From positions 1,616-65,615 of the forward strand of contig JAJDAS010000247.1 of the NCBI GenBank assembly GCA_029261755.1: a stretch of DNA of 64,000 nucleotides, given 5' to 3'. The translations under genes were made by a program, and so were the position numbers. Shown here in pieces: positions 1 to 9,653 of the stretch. The stretch is from Nitrospinia bacterium (GTDB taxonomy: Bacteria > Nitrospinota > Nitrospinia > JACRGO01). Positions within the stretch are counted from its first letter, which is position 1. Each line of letters opens with the position of its first letter. The notes under the pieces were generated by a model. That model made no database searches. It had not been told where the DNA came from and was given only the letters and a program-made list of their open reading frames with translations.

Positions 1-26
1 TTTCAGCATGGAATTTAAAAAAACAT

Positions 27-64
27 TTTAACCGCGAATGGTCGCGAATTTGCGCGAATAAAAC
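27..64. repeat. Solo arm of the CGAAT-word periodic element (same word set as the inverted pair at 7004-7123)
   Basis: The sequence is TTTAACCGCGAATGGTCGCGAATTTGCGCGAATAAAA. CGAAT recurs at 35, 45 and 55, an exact 10-nt period. It is near-identical to the left arm at 7004-7039. No complementary arm is seen in the next ~150 nt. Confidence 0.7.
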
Positions 65-437
65 CATAGAACCAATAAGCACTAAATGGATTATTTTTTC
101 AGTTTTCTTTCACGTAAAAACATAATATTTTAAGCGAATAATATTTTATACGGAGCCCTTGAGCGGAATGATTTCCGCAAAGTATAAGTTTAGGAGCTTA
201 CACGTCACCTTCGCCAAGGTGTAGCCTGCTCAATTTAGGCATAAGAAACTATAATTTTAGGTGTTCAAGGCTTGGTTGCGGTTTTGCACCATGGTTTTCT
301 TTGAACTTGCGTCCCTCGTCCCTTCGTCCCTCGTCTCCCATCCTTCTGCCTTTGGTTCCTCTCTTATACCATTTTCCCGCCAATTATTTTAATATGGTAT
401 GGAATCGTTTAAAAGACTTCTCCAGTGAAAGGAACAT

Positions 438-3266
438 ATGCAGCTCAATGAAATCATCATCAAAGGGGCCAAGGAGCACAATCTGAAGAACATCAGTCTC
501 AGGCTCCCAAGAAATAAACTCATCGTTATTACCGGCCTTAGCGGTTCCGGTAAGTCTTCCCTGGCCTTCGATACCATCTACGCAGAAGGACAACGAAGGT
601 ATGTGGAATCGCTCTCCGCCTACGCCAGGCAGTTCCTGGAGCAGATGGGAAAACCGGATGTGGAACAAATCGACGGCCTTTCCCCCGCCATCTCCATCGA
701 ACAAAAAACCACCAGCAAGAATCCCAGGTCCACAGTGGGAACCATCACGGAAGTCTACGACTACCTCCGACTCCTATACGCCCGTGCAGGCCGGGTGCAT
801 TGCTACCAATGCGGCAAGGAAATCTCCTCCCAAACCGTGCAGCAGATTGTAGACCAGGTGGACTCCCTTTCAGCGGGTGCAAAAATCCAAATCCTCTCTC
901 CCGTCGTCCGTGGCAGAAAAGGCGAATACAAAAAGGTTTTGGATAGTTTTCGGCAAAAGGGGTTTGTGCGGGTCCGGGTGAACGGCACAATCCATGATCT
1001 TTCGGAACCCATAGAACTGGACAAAAACAAAAAGCACAACATTGAACTGGTGGTGGACCGTCTCGTCGTGAAAGAGGGGATCAAGAAAAGGATGAGCGAC
1101 TCGGTGGAGTTGGCGTTGAAACATTCCGAAGGTTTGGTGTCCATTCTCATGGAGGACGGTTCGGAAAATGTTTTTAGTGAAAAATTCGCGTGTATCGACT
1201 GCGGGGTGAGCTATCCCGAGCTGGCACCACGAATGTTCTCTTTCAATAGTCCCCATGGCGCCTGCCAGGAATGCGCCGGACTGGCTACAAAAAAAATTGT
1301 AGACCCGGGACTAGTGATTCCCGATGACTTTCTATCTTTAGAGGAAGGGGCCATCGCACCGTGGCGGCGAAAAACTTCGGTCTATTACCAGCAGGTGTTG
1401 GAGGGGCTCTCCCACCATTTCAAATTCGAATTAAAAACTCCCTTCAAAGACCTTAGCAAAAAGGTTCAAAAAACCATACTTTACGGCTCTGGGCAGGAAA
1501 CCATTCAGTTTTTTTATTTAAGGGACGGGAAACGCTATGAGTACCTTCGCAGCTTCGAGGGAGTTATTCCCAATTTGAAAAGAAAGCATCGTGAATCCGA
1601 TTCTCATTATGTCCGGGAAGAGATAGAGGAATTCATGAATATTCAGCCCTGCCAGGCGTGTAATGGGGCTCGGTTAAGAAAGGAGAGCCTCTCGGTAAAG
1701 ATCGGCGGAGAAAATATAATCGAGGTTACCCGCCTTTCAGTAAAACACGCCATGGCTTTTTTTCAAGGCATAAAGTTTTCCGTCCAGGAACAAAAAATTG
1801 TTTCTCGCATATTGAAAGAGATTGAAGAGCGCCTGGGTTTTTTGATAGATGTAGGGCTGGACTATCTGACGCTGGATCGGGCCTCCGGTACCTTGTCCGG
1901 CGGTGAAGGGCAAAGAATCCGCCTGGCCACACAGATCGGTTCCGCCCTGGTGGGGGTCCTTTATATTCTGGACGAGCCGAGTATAGGCCTGCACCAGAGA
2001 GATAACCAGAGGCTCCTGGCTACTTTGATTCGCCTTCGGGATCTTGGAAACACCGTCATTGTGGTGGAACACGATGCCGAAACCATTCTGGCGGCGGATC
2101 ACGTGGTGGATCTTGGTCCTGCTGCAGGGGTCCATGGAGGAACCGTGGTAGCGGAAGGCTCACCCAAAAAATTGCTGAAGCACCCCCATTCCATTACCGG
2201 GAAATATCTTTCCGGTCGATTACAAATCGAAACTCCCAAGGAAAGAAGGAAGGGAAACGACCTGTTTATCAAAATCAAGGAAGCCACCCAGAACAATTTG
2301 AAGGGAATCGATGCCAAGATACCCTTGGGCACCTTCACCTGCGTCACCGGGGTATCGGGTTCCGGGAAAAGCACCCTAGTGGTGGACATCCTCTATAAAG
2401 CCCTTTTTCAAAAGATTTGGAAGAGCAGGGAGAAACCCGGCTCCCATCTTGGAATTGCCGGGGTGGAATATTTGGACAAGGTCATCGATATCGACCAGTC
2501 ACCCATCGGCAGAACTCCCAGGTCCAATCCCGCCACCTATACGGGGCTGTTCACCACCGTGCGGGATATTTTCGCCCAGGTTCCCGAGGCCAGAAAGAGA
2601 GGTTATAAGGTGGGCCGATTCAGTTTCAATGTAAAAGGGGGACGCTGTGAAGCTTGTGCGGGTGACGGCACCATCAAGATTGAAATGCACTTTCTCCCCG
2701 ATGTTTATGTCACTTGCGAAATCTGCAAAGGGAAAAGGTTCAACAGGGAAACCCTGGATGTTCATTATAAAGGGAAAAACATCGCGGAGGTCCTGGATAT
2801 GACCGCCGAGGAGGCGGTCCTCTTCTTCGCCAACATTCCGGCGATCAAAGATAAGTTGAGCATTATCAATGATGTGGGGTTGTCCTATATCAGGCTGGGA
2901 CAATCCGCCACCACCCTGTCAGGCGGAGAAGCCCAGCGGGTAAAGCTGGCCAAGGAGCTGAGTAAACGGAGCACGGGAAGGACCCTCTATATCCTGGATG
3001 AACCCACCACCGGATTGCACTTCGCCGATATTGCCCATCTTTTGGAGGTGCTGAATCGGCTTACGGACGCAGGAAATACCATTGTGGTTATCGAGCATAA
3101 TCTAGATATTATCAAATCGGCGGACTACATCATCGATCTCGGACCGGAGGGCGGAGACAGCGGTGGAAATATAGTGGCGGAAGGGACCCCGGAAGAGGTT
3201 GCCGCTAATAAATCTTCTTATACCGGACAGTTTTTGAAGAAGGCATTAAAGGATAGTGACAAGTGA
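438..3266 (+). CDS. uvrA: Excinuclease ABC subunit A (UvrA)
   Basis: 942-aa ORF with two ABC ATPase modules: Walker [24 protein letters not shown] and a second GVSGSGKST, plus two LSGGE signatures. Cys clusters of the UvrA zinc modules are present (CIDCG..., CEACAGDG...CEICKGKR). Length is typical of UvrA. Confidence 0.97.
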   Translation: MQLNEIIIKGAKEHNLKNISLRLPRNKLIVITGLSGSGKSSLAFDTIYAEGQRRYVESLSAYARQFLEQMGKPDVEQIDGLSPAISIEQKTTSKNPRSTVGTITEVYDYLRLLYARAGRVHCYQCGKEISSQTVQQIVDQVDSLSAGAKIQILSPVVRGRKGEYKKVLDSFRQKGFVRVRVNGTIHDLSEPIELDKNKKHNIELVVDRLVVKEGIKKRMSDSVELALKHSEGLVSILMEDGSENVFSEKFACIDCGVSYPELAPRMFSFNSPHGACQECAGLATKKIVDPGLVIPDDFLSLEEGAIAPWRRKTSVYYQQVLEGLSHHFKFELKTPFKDLSKKVQKTILYGSGQETIQFFYLRDGKRYEYLRSFEGVIPNLKRKHRESDSHYVREEIEEFMNIQPCQACNGARLRKESLSVKIGGENIIEVTRLSVKHAMAFFQGIKFSVQEQKIVSRILKEIEERLGFLIDVGLDYLTLDRASGTLSGGEGQRIRLATQIGSALVGVLYILDEPSIGLHQRDNQRLLATLIRLRDLGNTVIVVEHDAETILAADHVVDLGPAAGVHGGTVVAEGSPKKLLKHPHSITGKYLSGRLQIETPKERRKGNDLFIKIKEATQNNLKGIDAKIPLGTFTCVTGVSGSGKSTLVVDILYKALFQKIWKSREKPGSHLGIAGVEYLDKVIDIDQSPIGRTPRSNPATYTGLFTTVRDIFAQVPEARKRGYKVGRFSFNVKGGRCEACAGDGTIKIEMHFLPDVYVTCEICKGKRFNRETLDVHYKGKNIAEVLDMTAEEAVLFFANIPAIKDKLSIINDVGLSYIRLGQSATTLSGGEAQRVKLAKELSKRSTGRTLYILDEPTTGLHFADIAHLLEVLNRLTDAGNTIVVIEHNLDIIKSADYIIDLGPEGGDSGGNIVAEGTPEEVAANKSSYTGQFLKKALKDSDK

Positions 3267-3307
3267 CGAGTAACGAGTGACAAGAAAAACCTGGTGGAAG
3301 GGAGATT

Positions 3308-3347
3308 CAAGTTTCACTTTTGCTCTAACATTGAAAAGTGAAACTTG
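3308..3347 (+). terminator. Perfect 14-bp-stem hairpin downstream of uvrA (possible terminator, no U-tract)
   Basis: CAAGTTTCACTTTT - 11-nt loop - (G)AAAAGTGAAACTTG lies 42 nt after the uvrA stop. It is followed by GATTCACT rather than a T-run, so intrinsic termination is uncertain. Confidence 0.35.
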
Positions 3348-3366
3348 GATTCACTGCCTATTGCTT

Positions 3367-3520
3367 CTCAAAAAACACCAAAAGTGAGCGACAACTGCAT
3401 TTGTGCTGAATCTATTAAAGTCTATCGCATTTGTTGCTCAAAAAACACCAAAAGTGAGTGACAACCGCATTTGTGCTGAATCTATTAAGGTCTATCGCAT
3501 TTGTTGCTCAAAAAAACAAA
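3367..3520. repeat. Tandem direct repeat, 70-bp unit, about 2.2 copies, upstream of the fic gene
   Basis: The unit CTCAAAAAACACCAAAAGTGAG(C/T)GACAAC(T/C)GCATTTGTGCTGAATCTATTAA(A/G)GTCTATCGCATTTGTTG starts at 3367 and again at 3437, with 3 mismatches in 70. A partial third copy starts at 3507. Each unit contains two GCATTTGT(T)GCT boxes. Confidence 0.85.
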
Positions 3521-3592
3521 TATATTGATCCCTAAATCTTTTGATGTTAAGATATTGCATAATATTAACACCTAACTGCCAAGGAATATACT

Positions 3593-4714
3593 ATGGAGCT
3601 CAATTTAGAAAATGCTGTCAACTATCATTACGATAAATTTCCACCAGGTAGTCTTGATTATGGGCGATTTGTTGGGCCTTTAGTAAAAGCAACTGATGCA
3701 GTGGCACGTTACGACCAAATGTTAAAAAATATGCACAACAGCGAAATACTGTTGGCTCCTCTGCGTAACCAGGAAGCTGTTGTATCCTCAAGGATGGAAG
3801 GTACGGTTAGTACCATGGATGAAATTCTTAAGTATGAGGCAGATCATGATGCTGAAGCGGGAAACGCTACAAACGTAAGATCAGATGTTATCGAAACTAT
3901 CCTTTATCAGAGGGCATTGAAAGCCACGCAACGAGCGATGGAAGAAGGTTATCCATTGTCTCAATCGCTGATTAAAGGAATCCACCAGCGGTTGCTGTCT
4001 TTTGGGCGTGGCGCTTCAAAATCGCCAGGTAAGTATAAAAATGAACAAAACTACCTAGCTGATAAGTTGAGAAATAATATATTATTCATTCCAGTTAGTC
4101 CTGAAAAACTACAGGAAGGATTGGACAAGCTCTTTCAATATATAGAACAAAGCACACACCCAACGTTGATTAAAATAGGTATCACCCATATTGAGTTTGA
4201 AGCATTGCACCCATTTAAAGATGGTAATGGGCGTATTGGGCGTATGTTAATTACATTGATGCTATGGGCTTCAGGAGCTATATCTGCGCCTCATTTCTAC
4301 ATAAGCGGGTACTTGGAAGAGAATAAAGATCTTTATATAAACACAATGAGAAATGTGTCCGAGCATGGTGATTGGGAAAGTTGGTGCATTTTTTTTCTGA
4401 AAGCTATTGAGCAGCAGGCTATTAGAAATCTTACTATTGCAGAGAATATAAGTAACCTATATGAAGAGATGAAAATAGTGTTTTCAGATACTCTATCTTC
4501 TAAGTGGAGTGTTAACGCATTGGATTTTGTGTTCACAAATCCAGTGTTTAGAAACAACAAATTTACAACAAAAAGTGGTATACCTACGGCGAGTGCTGCA
4601 AGATTTACAAGGGTGCTCCTGGAGAAAAATCTGATCGCTACATTGGAAGAAGCATCGGGCAGAAGACCGGCATTATATTCTTTTGAGCCATTAATGGAAC
4701 TTGTTAGAGTTTAG
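3593..4714 (+). CDS. Fic family protein (AMPylase-type), class II with an N-terminal inhibitory helix
   Basis: 373-aa ORF with the canonical Fic motif HPFKDGNGRIGR (nt 4208-4243). An upstream S-x3-E-G inhibitory motif is present (SSRMEG, nt 3785-3802). RBS AAGGAA lies about 7 nt before the ATG. Composition is visibly AT-richer than the flanking genes. Confidence 0.9.
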   Translation: MELNLENAVNYHYDKFPPGSLDYGRFVGPLVKATDAVARYDQMLKNMHNSEILLAPLRNQEAVVSSRMEGTVSTMDEILKYEADHDAEAGNATNVRSDVIETILYQRALKATQRAMEEGYPLSQSLIKGIHQRLLSFGRGASKSPGKYKNEQNYLADKLRNNILFIPVSPEKLQEGLDKLFQYIEQSTHPTLIKIGITHIEFEALHPFKDGNGRIGRMLITLMLWASGAISAPHFYISGYLEENKDLYINTMRNVSEHGDWESWCIFFLKAIEQQAIRNLTIAENISNLYEEMKIVFSDTLSSKWSVNALDFVFTNPVFRNNKFTTKSGIPTASAARFTRVLLEKNLIATLEEASGRRPALYSFEPLMELVRV

Positions 4715-4876
4715 GCACTCTTACGGTCCACATGGACAAAAAATTAAAGGAAAGATTTCTTTAGCCACTAAGTACACTAAGTTTCGCTAAGTCTATTTCT
4801 TAGTGTTTCTTCGAGAATCTTTGCGGCCAAAATAAAAATCGAATGGTTGGAGGACCGTGAAGAGCAGAAGGGAAGG

Positions 4877-5203
4877 CTAACAGATGTTTTTGGCAAAGGA
4901 GGCGTTTTTTTCCATAATATCCCTCAAGACCTCCGTCATGATATCAAAGGCTTCCAGGATTTTATGGTTTGCTATGGAATAATATACAGAGGTGCCTTCC
5001 TTGCGGGTCTTGAGTATTTCCTTTTGGCGAAGATGGGCCAGATGTTGAGAAAGATTCGCCTGAGAAATCTGGATCTCTTCCAGGAGTTCATTTACGCACA
5101 TCTCCTTATTTCTCAGAAGATCAAGGATCTCCAGCCGCACGGGGTGGGTCAGGAATCTGCAAAGGTCGGAATGCAAAGTGTAAAACTCTTTTTTCATAGC
5201 CAT
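4877..5203 (-). CDS. ArsR/SmtB-family transcriptional regulator
   Basis: 108-aa ORF with a winged-HTH core (CVNELLEEIQISQANLSQHLAHLRQKEIL) typical of ArsR/SmtB. It is divergent from the radical SAM gene. Confidence 0.85.
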   Translation of the reverse strand: MAMKKEFYTLHSDLCRFLTHPVRLEILDLLRNKEMCVNELLEEIQISQANLSQHLAHLRQKEILKTRKEGTSVYYSIANHKILEAFDIMTEVLRDIMEKNASFAKNIC

Positions 5204-5258
5204 GGTTCACCTGTTCACATATAATATTATAATAATGTAATATAATACCTTGTAGGCT
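5204..5258. promoter_or_regulatory. Divergent promoter/operator region between the ArsR-family gene and the radical SAM gene
   Basis: The 55-nt spacer contains a direct GTTCAC-CT-GTTCAC and an AT-rich imperfect palindrome, ACATATAATATTATAATAATGT (5217-5238). ArsR/SmtB repressors bind imperfect inverted repeats overlapping their own promoters. There is no experimental support. Confidence 0.3.
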
Positions 5259-6938
5259 GTGGGTCAAGCTTTTTTGCAGCGTCAAAATATTTTGAAAAAG
5301 AAAAAACTGCTACTATTGCAACCTCCCATCCAGGATTTTTATCAAACCCCTATTCGCTTGCAGCCCGTTGGGCTTGGCTATCTGAAGGCCGCTATTCACA
5401 AGTACATGCCGGATGAAATGGAGGTGGTGGTCAAAGACTATCACCAAGGAGGAGGACGCAAAACCATCCCCTTACCCAAAGAGCTTTCTTATCTAAAAGA
5501 TTTTTACGCCTGGCCAGACCAAAGTCCCTTTTCCTCTTTTTACCACTATTACCATTATGGTGTTCCCTTTGACCTTCTGGCCGAGGATGTGGTCAAAGAA
5601 AAGCCGGATATTGTGGGGATTTCATCGCTTTTTTCTCCCTATTATCGCGAAGTTCTTCGATCGGCCGAGGAAATAAAAAAGCGTTTGAAAATTCCCATCA
5701 TTGTGGGAGGCAGCCACGTCTCCGCTATGCCCCTTTTCATGCTCCAGCAACCTGGTATCGATTTCATTATCCAGGCTGAAGGGGAAAGGCCCATGGTGGA
5801 GTTTTTGAGGGAATGGAAAAATGGCGGAAACTATGCCAAGGTACCCAACCTGGGCTACGAGGAAAACGGGAGGCACATTCTAAATAAGGTGGAAGACAAT
5901 TTCCCCATTGAGGAGCTTCCCTTTCCCGACCTTTCCGACCTCGCCCGGGACCGGTATCATCTGAAAAACCGTCCCCTTCATTTTTTAGTATCTTCCCGTG
6001 GATGTCCCCATCAATGTTCTTTTTGCTCTGTACATCTCACCTTCGGGACCGGTTACAGGAAGCGTTCCACTAGCAATGTGCTCCAGGAGATCAAAAAAAG
6101 ATATGAAGAAGGAGTTCGCGTCTTCGACTTTGAAGATGACGACTTTACTTGCAATGGGGAGGAGATCAAAGAGCTTTGCAAAAAGCTCATGGAGGCATTT
6201 CCAAAGGATGACATCGAACTCACCGCCATGAACGGGATCTCCTACTTCAGCCTGGATTCGGAGCTGTTAACGCTTATGAAAAAAGCCGGATTTCGGCACT
6301 TGAACCTGTCTCTGGTGAGTGTGGATGGCGACCTCCAGCAGAGGACCAAGCGTCCTCACTCCATTGATAAATACCTGGAAGTGGTGCGGGAAGCATGTGA
6401 ACTGAGATTCCAAGTGGTTTCCTATCAGATTTTGGGGCTCCCTCATGAACAGATTGATTCCATGATTCAGACCCTTGCTCTAAACTCCACACTTCCGGTC
6501 CTTTTGGGGGCCTCCATTTTTTATTTAACGCCAAACTCCCCAATAGCAAGGGATTTTCCCGAACCCAGTGAAGGAGAGGTTTTCAGAGCGCGACTCACAG
6601 CCATCTCCGTGGAGACGGAACATTTCAATAGGGAAGACCTCTATACTCTTTTTGTTACAGCCAGGATCATCAATTTTTTGAAAGGTTTGAAGTTTGAAGA
6701 AGATGAATTGCCATTCCGGGAGGTTCTGGACAGAACCCTTCGTGGGAAGGGAAGAATGGTGGTAGGTGCTGAGCTTTTAGAAAATTTTTTTGCAGAGCAA
6801 ACCCTTTATGCCTCCACCAAGAGTGGCTTTAAGGTTCTTCCCAGATTCAAAGCGGAACTCTTTTTTCGCGTCTGGACCCAACTGGACTTCATAAAAACTC
6901 AGGAAAATAAAAATATTGTCCTGGACAAAAGCTGGTGA
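5259..6938 (+). CDS. B12-binding-domain radical SAM protein
   Basis: 559-aa ORF with the radical SAM cluster motif CPHQCSFCSV (CxxxCxxC). The N-terminal region resembles a cobalamin-binding domain (LLLLQPP...GLGYLKA...IVGISS...IIVGGSH). The start codon is uncertain: GTG at 5259 or TTG at 5292. Confidence 0.85.
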   Translation: MGQAFLQRQNILKKKKLLLLQPPIQDFYQTPIRLQPVGLGYLKAAIHKYMPDEMEVVVKDYHQGGGRKTIPLPKELSYLKDFYAWPDQSPFSSFYHYYHYGVPFDLLAEDVVKEKPDIVGISSLFSPYYREVLRSAEEIKKRLKIPIIVGGSHVSAMPLFMLQQPGIDFIIQAEGERPMVEFLREWKNGGNYAKVPNLGYEENGRHILNKVEDNFPIEELPFPDLSDLARDRYHLKNRPLHFLVSSRGCPHQCSFCSVHLTFGTGYRKRSTSNVLQEIKKRYEEGVRVFDFEDDDFTCNGEEIKELCKKLMEAFPKDDIELTAMNGISYFSLDSELLTLMKKAGFRHLNLSLVSVDGDLQQRTKRPHSIDKYLEVVREACELRFQVVSYQILGLPHEQIDSMIQTLALNSTLPVLLGASIFYLTPNSPIARDFPEPSEGEVFRARLTAISVETEHFNREDLYTLFVTARIINFLKGLKFEEDELPFREVLDRTLRGKGRMVVGAELLENFFAEQTLYASTKSGFKVLPRFKAELFFRVWTQLDFIKTQENKNIVLDKSW

Positions 6939-7003
6939 AAAATAAGATAGTAGGATGGGCAGGCCGGGGAGGGGAAGGAGAGAAAGCTTTGCGATCAAAG
7001 ACA

Positions 7004-7123
7004 TTTAACCGCGAATGGCCACGAATGAACGCGAATAAAGAAAAAACAAGAAAAATAATCTATCTTGTACCTTTTGGTTCTCTGGTTTTATTCGCGTAAA
7101 TTCGCGGCCATTCGCGGTTAAAA
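7004..7123. repeat. Long inverted repeat built from CGAAT words at a 10-nt period (REP-like, terminator-like position)
   Basis: The left arm is TTTAACCGCGAATGGCCACGAATGAACGCGAATAAA (7004-7039). The right arm is TTTATTCGCGTAAATTCGCGGCCATTCGCGGTTAAA (7087-7123). They are separated by an A-rich spacer of about 47 nt. The element lies between the radical SAM stop and the murJ start. Confidence 0.85.
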
Positions 7124-7161
7124 AGTTTTATTAATTTCAAATATCTTTGGCTATATTTCAG

Positions 7162-8733
7162 ATGGCAAACTCGGAAGACAAAAAAATCATCAAAGCCGCC
7201 AGCACCATAGCGGGCGCCACGTTATTGAGCCGTGTGCTTGGATTTATCCGTGACATGATTATGGCCCGTTTTTTTGGCGCCACCGCTGCCGCCGATGCTT
7301 TTTACGTGGCTTACCGTATTCCCAATCTCTTCAGAGAACTTTTAGCCGAGGGCACCATGTCCGCCGCCTTTGTCCCCGTTTTCACCGAATACCTGGCCAC
7401 CAAGGAGAGGGAAGAGGCTAGGAAACTGGCCTCCGGCGTTTTTACCGCACTCCTCACTATTGCAACTTTATTTGTGGTCATCGGCATCTTCACAGCACCC
7501 TATTTGGTCCTGACCATCGCGTATGGTTTTAAATTTGATCCGGAAAAATTTAATACCACCGTCTACCTGACTCGTTTGATGTTCCCATTTCTGCTTTTTA
7601 TCTCCCTGTCAGCCTTGACCATGGGGATGCTGAACTCTTTGAGGCTATTTTTTGTCCCCGCCCTGGGTCCGGCCATTTTGAATGTATTCATCATTTCCAC
7701 CATCCTGATTTTGACTCCCGTGGTGGACCCTCCTGTATCTGCGGCGGCCTACGGGGTGCTCTTCGGAGGGGTATTCCCATTGTTGCTACAGGTCTATTTT
7801 TTGAAGCGGGAGGGAATGCTGTTTCGATTCAGTGCTTTTTGGACTCATCCCGGCGTGAAAAAAATCTTTAAATTGATGGGGCCGGTGGTGGCTGGTCTTT
7901 CGGTAACCCAGGTAAACTTGCTGATAAACACCATCCTGGCCTCCTTTCTGGCGGTGGGTAGCGTGAGCTTTCTTTATTACGGGATGCGTCTCATCCATTT
8001 TCCCCTGGGAATCCTGGGAGTTGCCATTTCCACGGCCATTCTTCCTTCCTTTGCTACCCTGGCGGCTAAAAAGGATTTCAAAGGTCTTAACGAGACCCTT
8101 TCTTTTGGATTGCGGATGGTCTTATTCATTACCATCCCGGCCATGATAGGGCTTATTTTTTTCAGGATTCCCATTGTAAATTTACTCTTCCAGCATGGGG
8201 AGTTTGATTATAACGCCACCCTTGGCACTTCGGGGGCGATCTTGTATTACGCGGTGGGGATATGGTCCTTCGCCTCCGTGCGAATCATTACCCAGGTCTT
8301 TTATTCCTTGCAGGATACCAAAACTCCCATGAAGACGGCGGCCCTCTCGGTGGCCTGCGGAACGGCGGCCAGCCTGGTGCTGATCCAGTTCATGGCCCAC
8401 AAAGGGCTAGCCCTTGCCACATCTTTAGCCTCCATGCTGAATCTTTCCATCTTGCTCTACCGGTACAATCAGCGAAATGGGATCAGTCTTAATGAGATTT
8501 TTAAGACGGCATTCTACTCCCTAGCGGCGGCTGTACCAATTGCTTTGGCAGGGATTTTTGTTTCCAGCCACTTTCCCTGGAATGATGACACCCAAGTATT
8601 ACTTAAAGCGGGGATCATTGCCTGTTCCGTCATCGGTTCTGTGGCCATTTATTTTTCCATTCATCATTTCATGAAAAGCCCGGAGCTGGAATTTTTTATG
8701 GAGCAGGTGAGGAAGAGGAAATCCACAGGATAG
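7162..8733 (+). CDS. murJ: Lipid II flippase MurJ (MviN)
   Basis: The N-terminus has the MurJ signature STIAGATLLSRVLGFIRDMIMARFFGAT..ADAFYVAYRIPNLFRELLAEGTMSAAFVPVF. There are about 14 hydrophobic segments. I prefer ATG 7162 over the track start 7147 (TTG). Confidence 0.92.
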   Translation: MANSEDKKIIKAASTIAGATLLSRVLGFIRDMIMARFFGATAAADAFYVAYRIPNLFRELLAEGTMSAAFVPVFTEYLATKEREEARKLASGVFTALLTIATLFVVIGIFTAPYLVLTIAYGFKFDPEKFNTTVYLTRLMFPFLLFISLSALTMGMLNSLRLFFVPALGPAILNVFIISTILILTPVVDPPVSAAAYGVLFGGVFPLLLQVYFLKREGMLFRFSAFWTHPGVKKIFKLMGPVVAGLSVTQVNLLINTILASFLAVGSVSFLYYGMRLIHFPLGILGVAISTAILPSFATLAAKKDFKGLNETLSFGLRMVLFITIPAMIGLIFFRIPIVNLLFQHGEFDYNATLGTSGAILYYAVGIWSFASVRIITQVFYSLQDTKTPMKTAALSVACGTAASLVLIQFMAHKGLALATSLASMLNLSILLYRYNQRNGISLNEIFKTAFYSLAAAVPIALAGIFVSSHFPWNDDTQVLLKAGIIACSVIGSVAIYFSIHHFMKSPELEFFMEQVRKRKSTG

Positions 8734-8784
8734 CTTCTTTTGAACATAAAAAGGGTAACTTCTCAATAAGTTGAGAGAGCTACC

Positions 8785-8845
8785 AAAAACTCATTTTTCT
8801 GAAGAACCTACCACTAATTTCCCCTTTGTTAAGGGGGTTAAAGGA
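8785..8845. repeat. REP-like element copy 1 (CCCCTT-loop-AAGGGG core), related to 62567-62645
   Basis: AAAAACTCATTTT...AACCTACCACTAATTTCCCCTTTGTTAAGGGGGTTA aligns with the copy at 62567-62645 (AAAAACTCACTTT...AACCTACCGCTAATTCCCCCTTAGTAAAGGGGGTTA). The outer closing arm is not conserved in this copy. Confidence 0.55.
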
Positions 8846-8874
8846 AAAACTTTGAAATCCTGCGGTTCCTCAAC

Positions 8875-9486
8875 TTAACAGCAACGGGAAGCGATATCTT
8901 CCCAACTTCTTGTTTTCGAAAACCCGGCCTGGTTTAATAAATCGATGAGAAGACAAAGAGGCAAACCCACCACATTGTTGAAACATCCCTTTACCGATTT
9001 GATAAGGAATCTCCCCTCTCCCTGAATAGCGTAGGCTCCGGCTTTGTCCAACGGTTCTCCTCCTTTCACGTATTCCTCCATTTGTTTTTCGGAGACATCA
9101 TGAAATTCCACTTCAGTGGTTTTGTGACCAGCCTGCGGCCCATTTTGATTGGGGCTTATAACCGCCACAGCGGTAATCACCTGGTGTTTCTTCCCATTTA
9201 AAAGCCGGAGCATCTCCATGGCCCGGTCCTTCGATTCCGGTTTTCCCAATATCTGCCCATGGGATACCACGATAGTGTCCGCTCCGATGATGGTGTGATT
9301 TTTGGTTTCTCTCTCAATGGCCTTTGCTTTCAAAGCTGCCATTTTTTGAGCAAAAAAGATGGGATCGGAAATTGCCCCAATGGTCTCATCAATATTGGCA
9401 GGCCTCCTTTCGAAGGGAAGGTCCAACCCGGCGAAAAGCTGCAACCTTCGCGGGGATTCCGAAGCAAGGATGACTTTAGGTTCCAT
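8875..9486 (-). CDS. maf: Maf-family nucleoside-triphosphate pyrophosphatase (septum formation inhibitor-like)
   Basis: 203-aa ORF with ILASESPRRLQLF near the N-terminus and a DKAGAYAIQG motif. Length is typical. Confidence 0.9.
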   Translation of the reverse strand: MEPKVILASESPRRLQLFAGLDLPFERRPANIDETIGAISDPIFFAQKMAALKAKAIERETKNHTIIGADTIVVSHGQILGKPESKDRAMEMLRLLNGKKHQVITAVAVISPNQNGPQAGHKTTEVEFHDVSEKQMEEYVKGGEPLDKAGAYAIQGEGRFLIKSVKGCFNNVVGLPLCLLIDLLNQAGFSKTRSWEDIASRCC

Positions 9487-9653
9487 GGTTTTCCTTAGTT
9501 TAGCCGTATGGGTTTCCAGGGAGCCCAGAGCCCCTGGGAAGCAGATGTGCTTTGGATATGAAAAAAAATTATAACGTCGGAATAGAGTATGCCGGAAAAT
9601 ATGGAGGGTTGATAGACAGCGGAAGAATGTGCGAGAAAAAAGGAAGGAAAGAT

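Noticed and set aside
3367-3520. Possible CRISPR array upstream of fic.
   Set aside because: There are only about 2.2 directly abutting 70-bp units with no unique spacers between them, and no cas genes are present. It is a simple tandem duplication.
4847-5224. A 125-aa plus-strand ORF overlapping the ArsR-family gene.
   Set aside because: The minus-strand product has a clear ArsR/SmtB wHTH. The plus-strand translation has no motif and no RBS.
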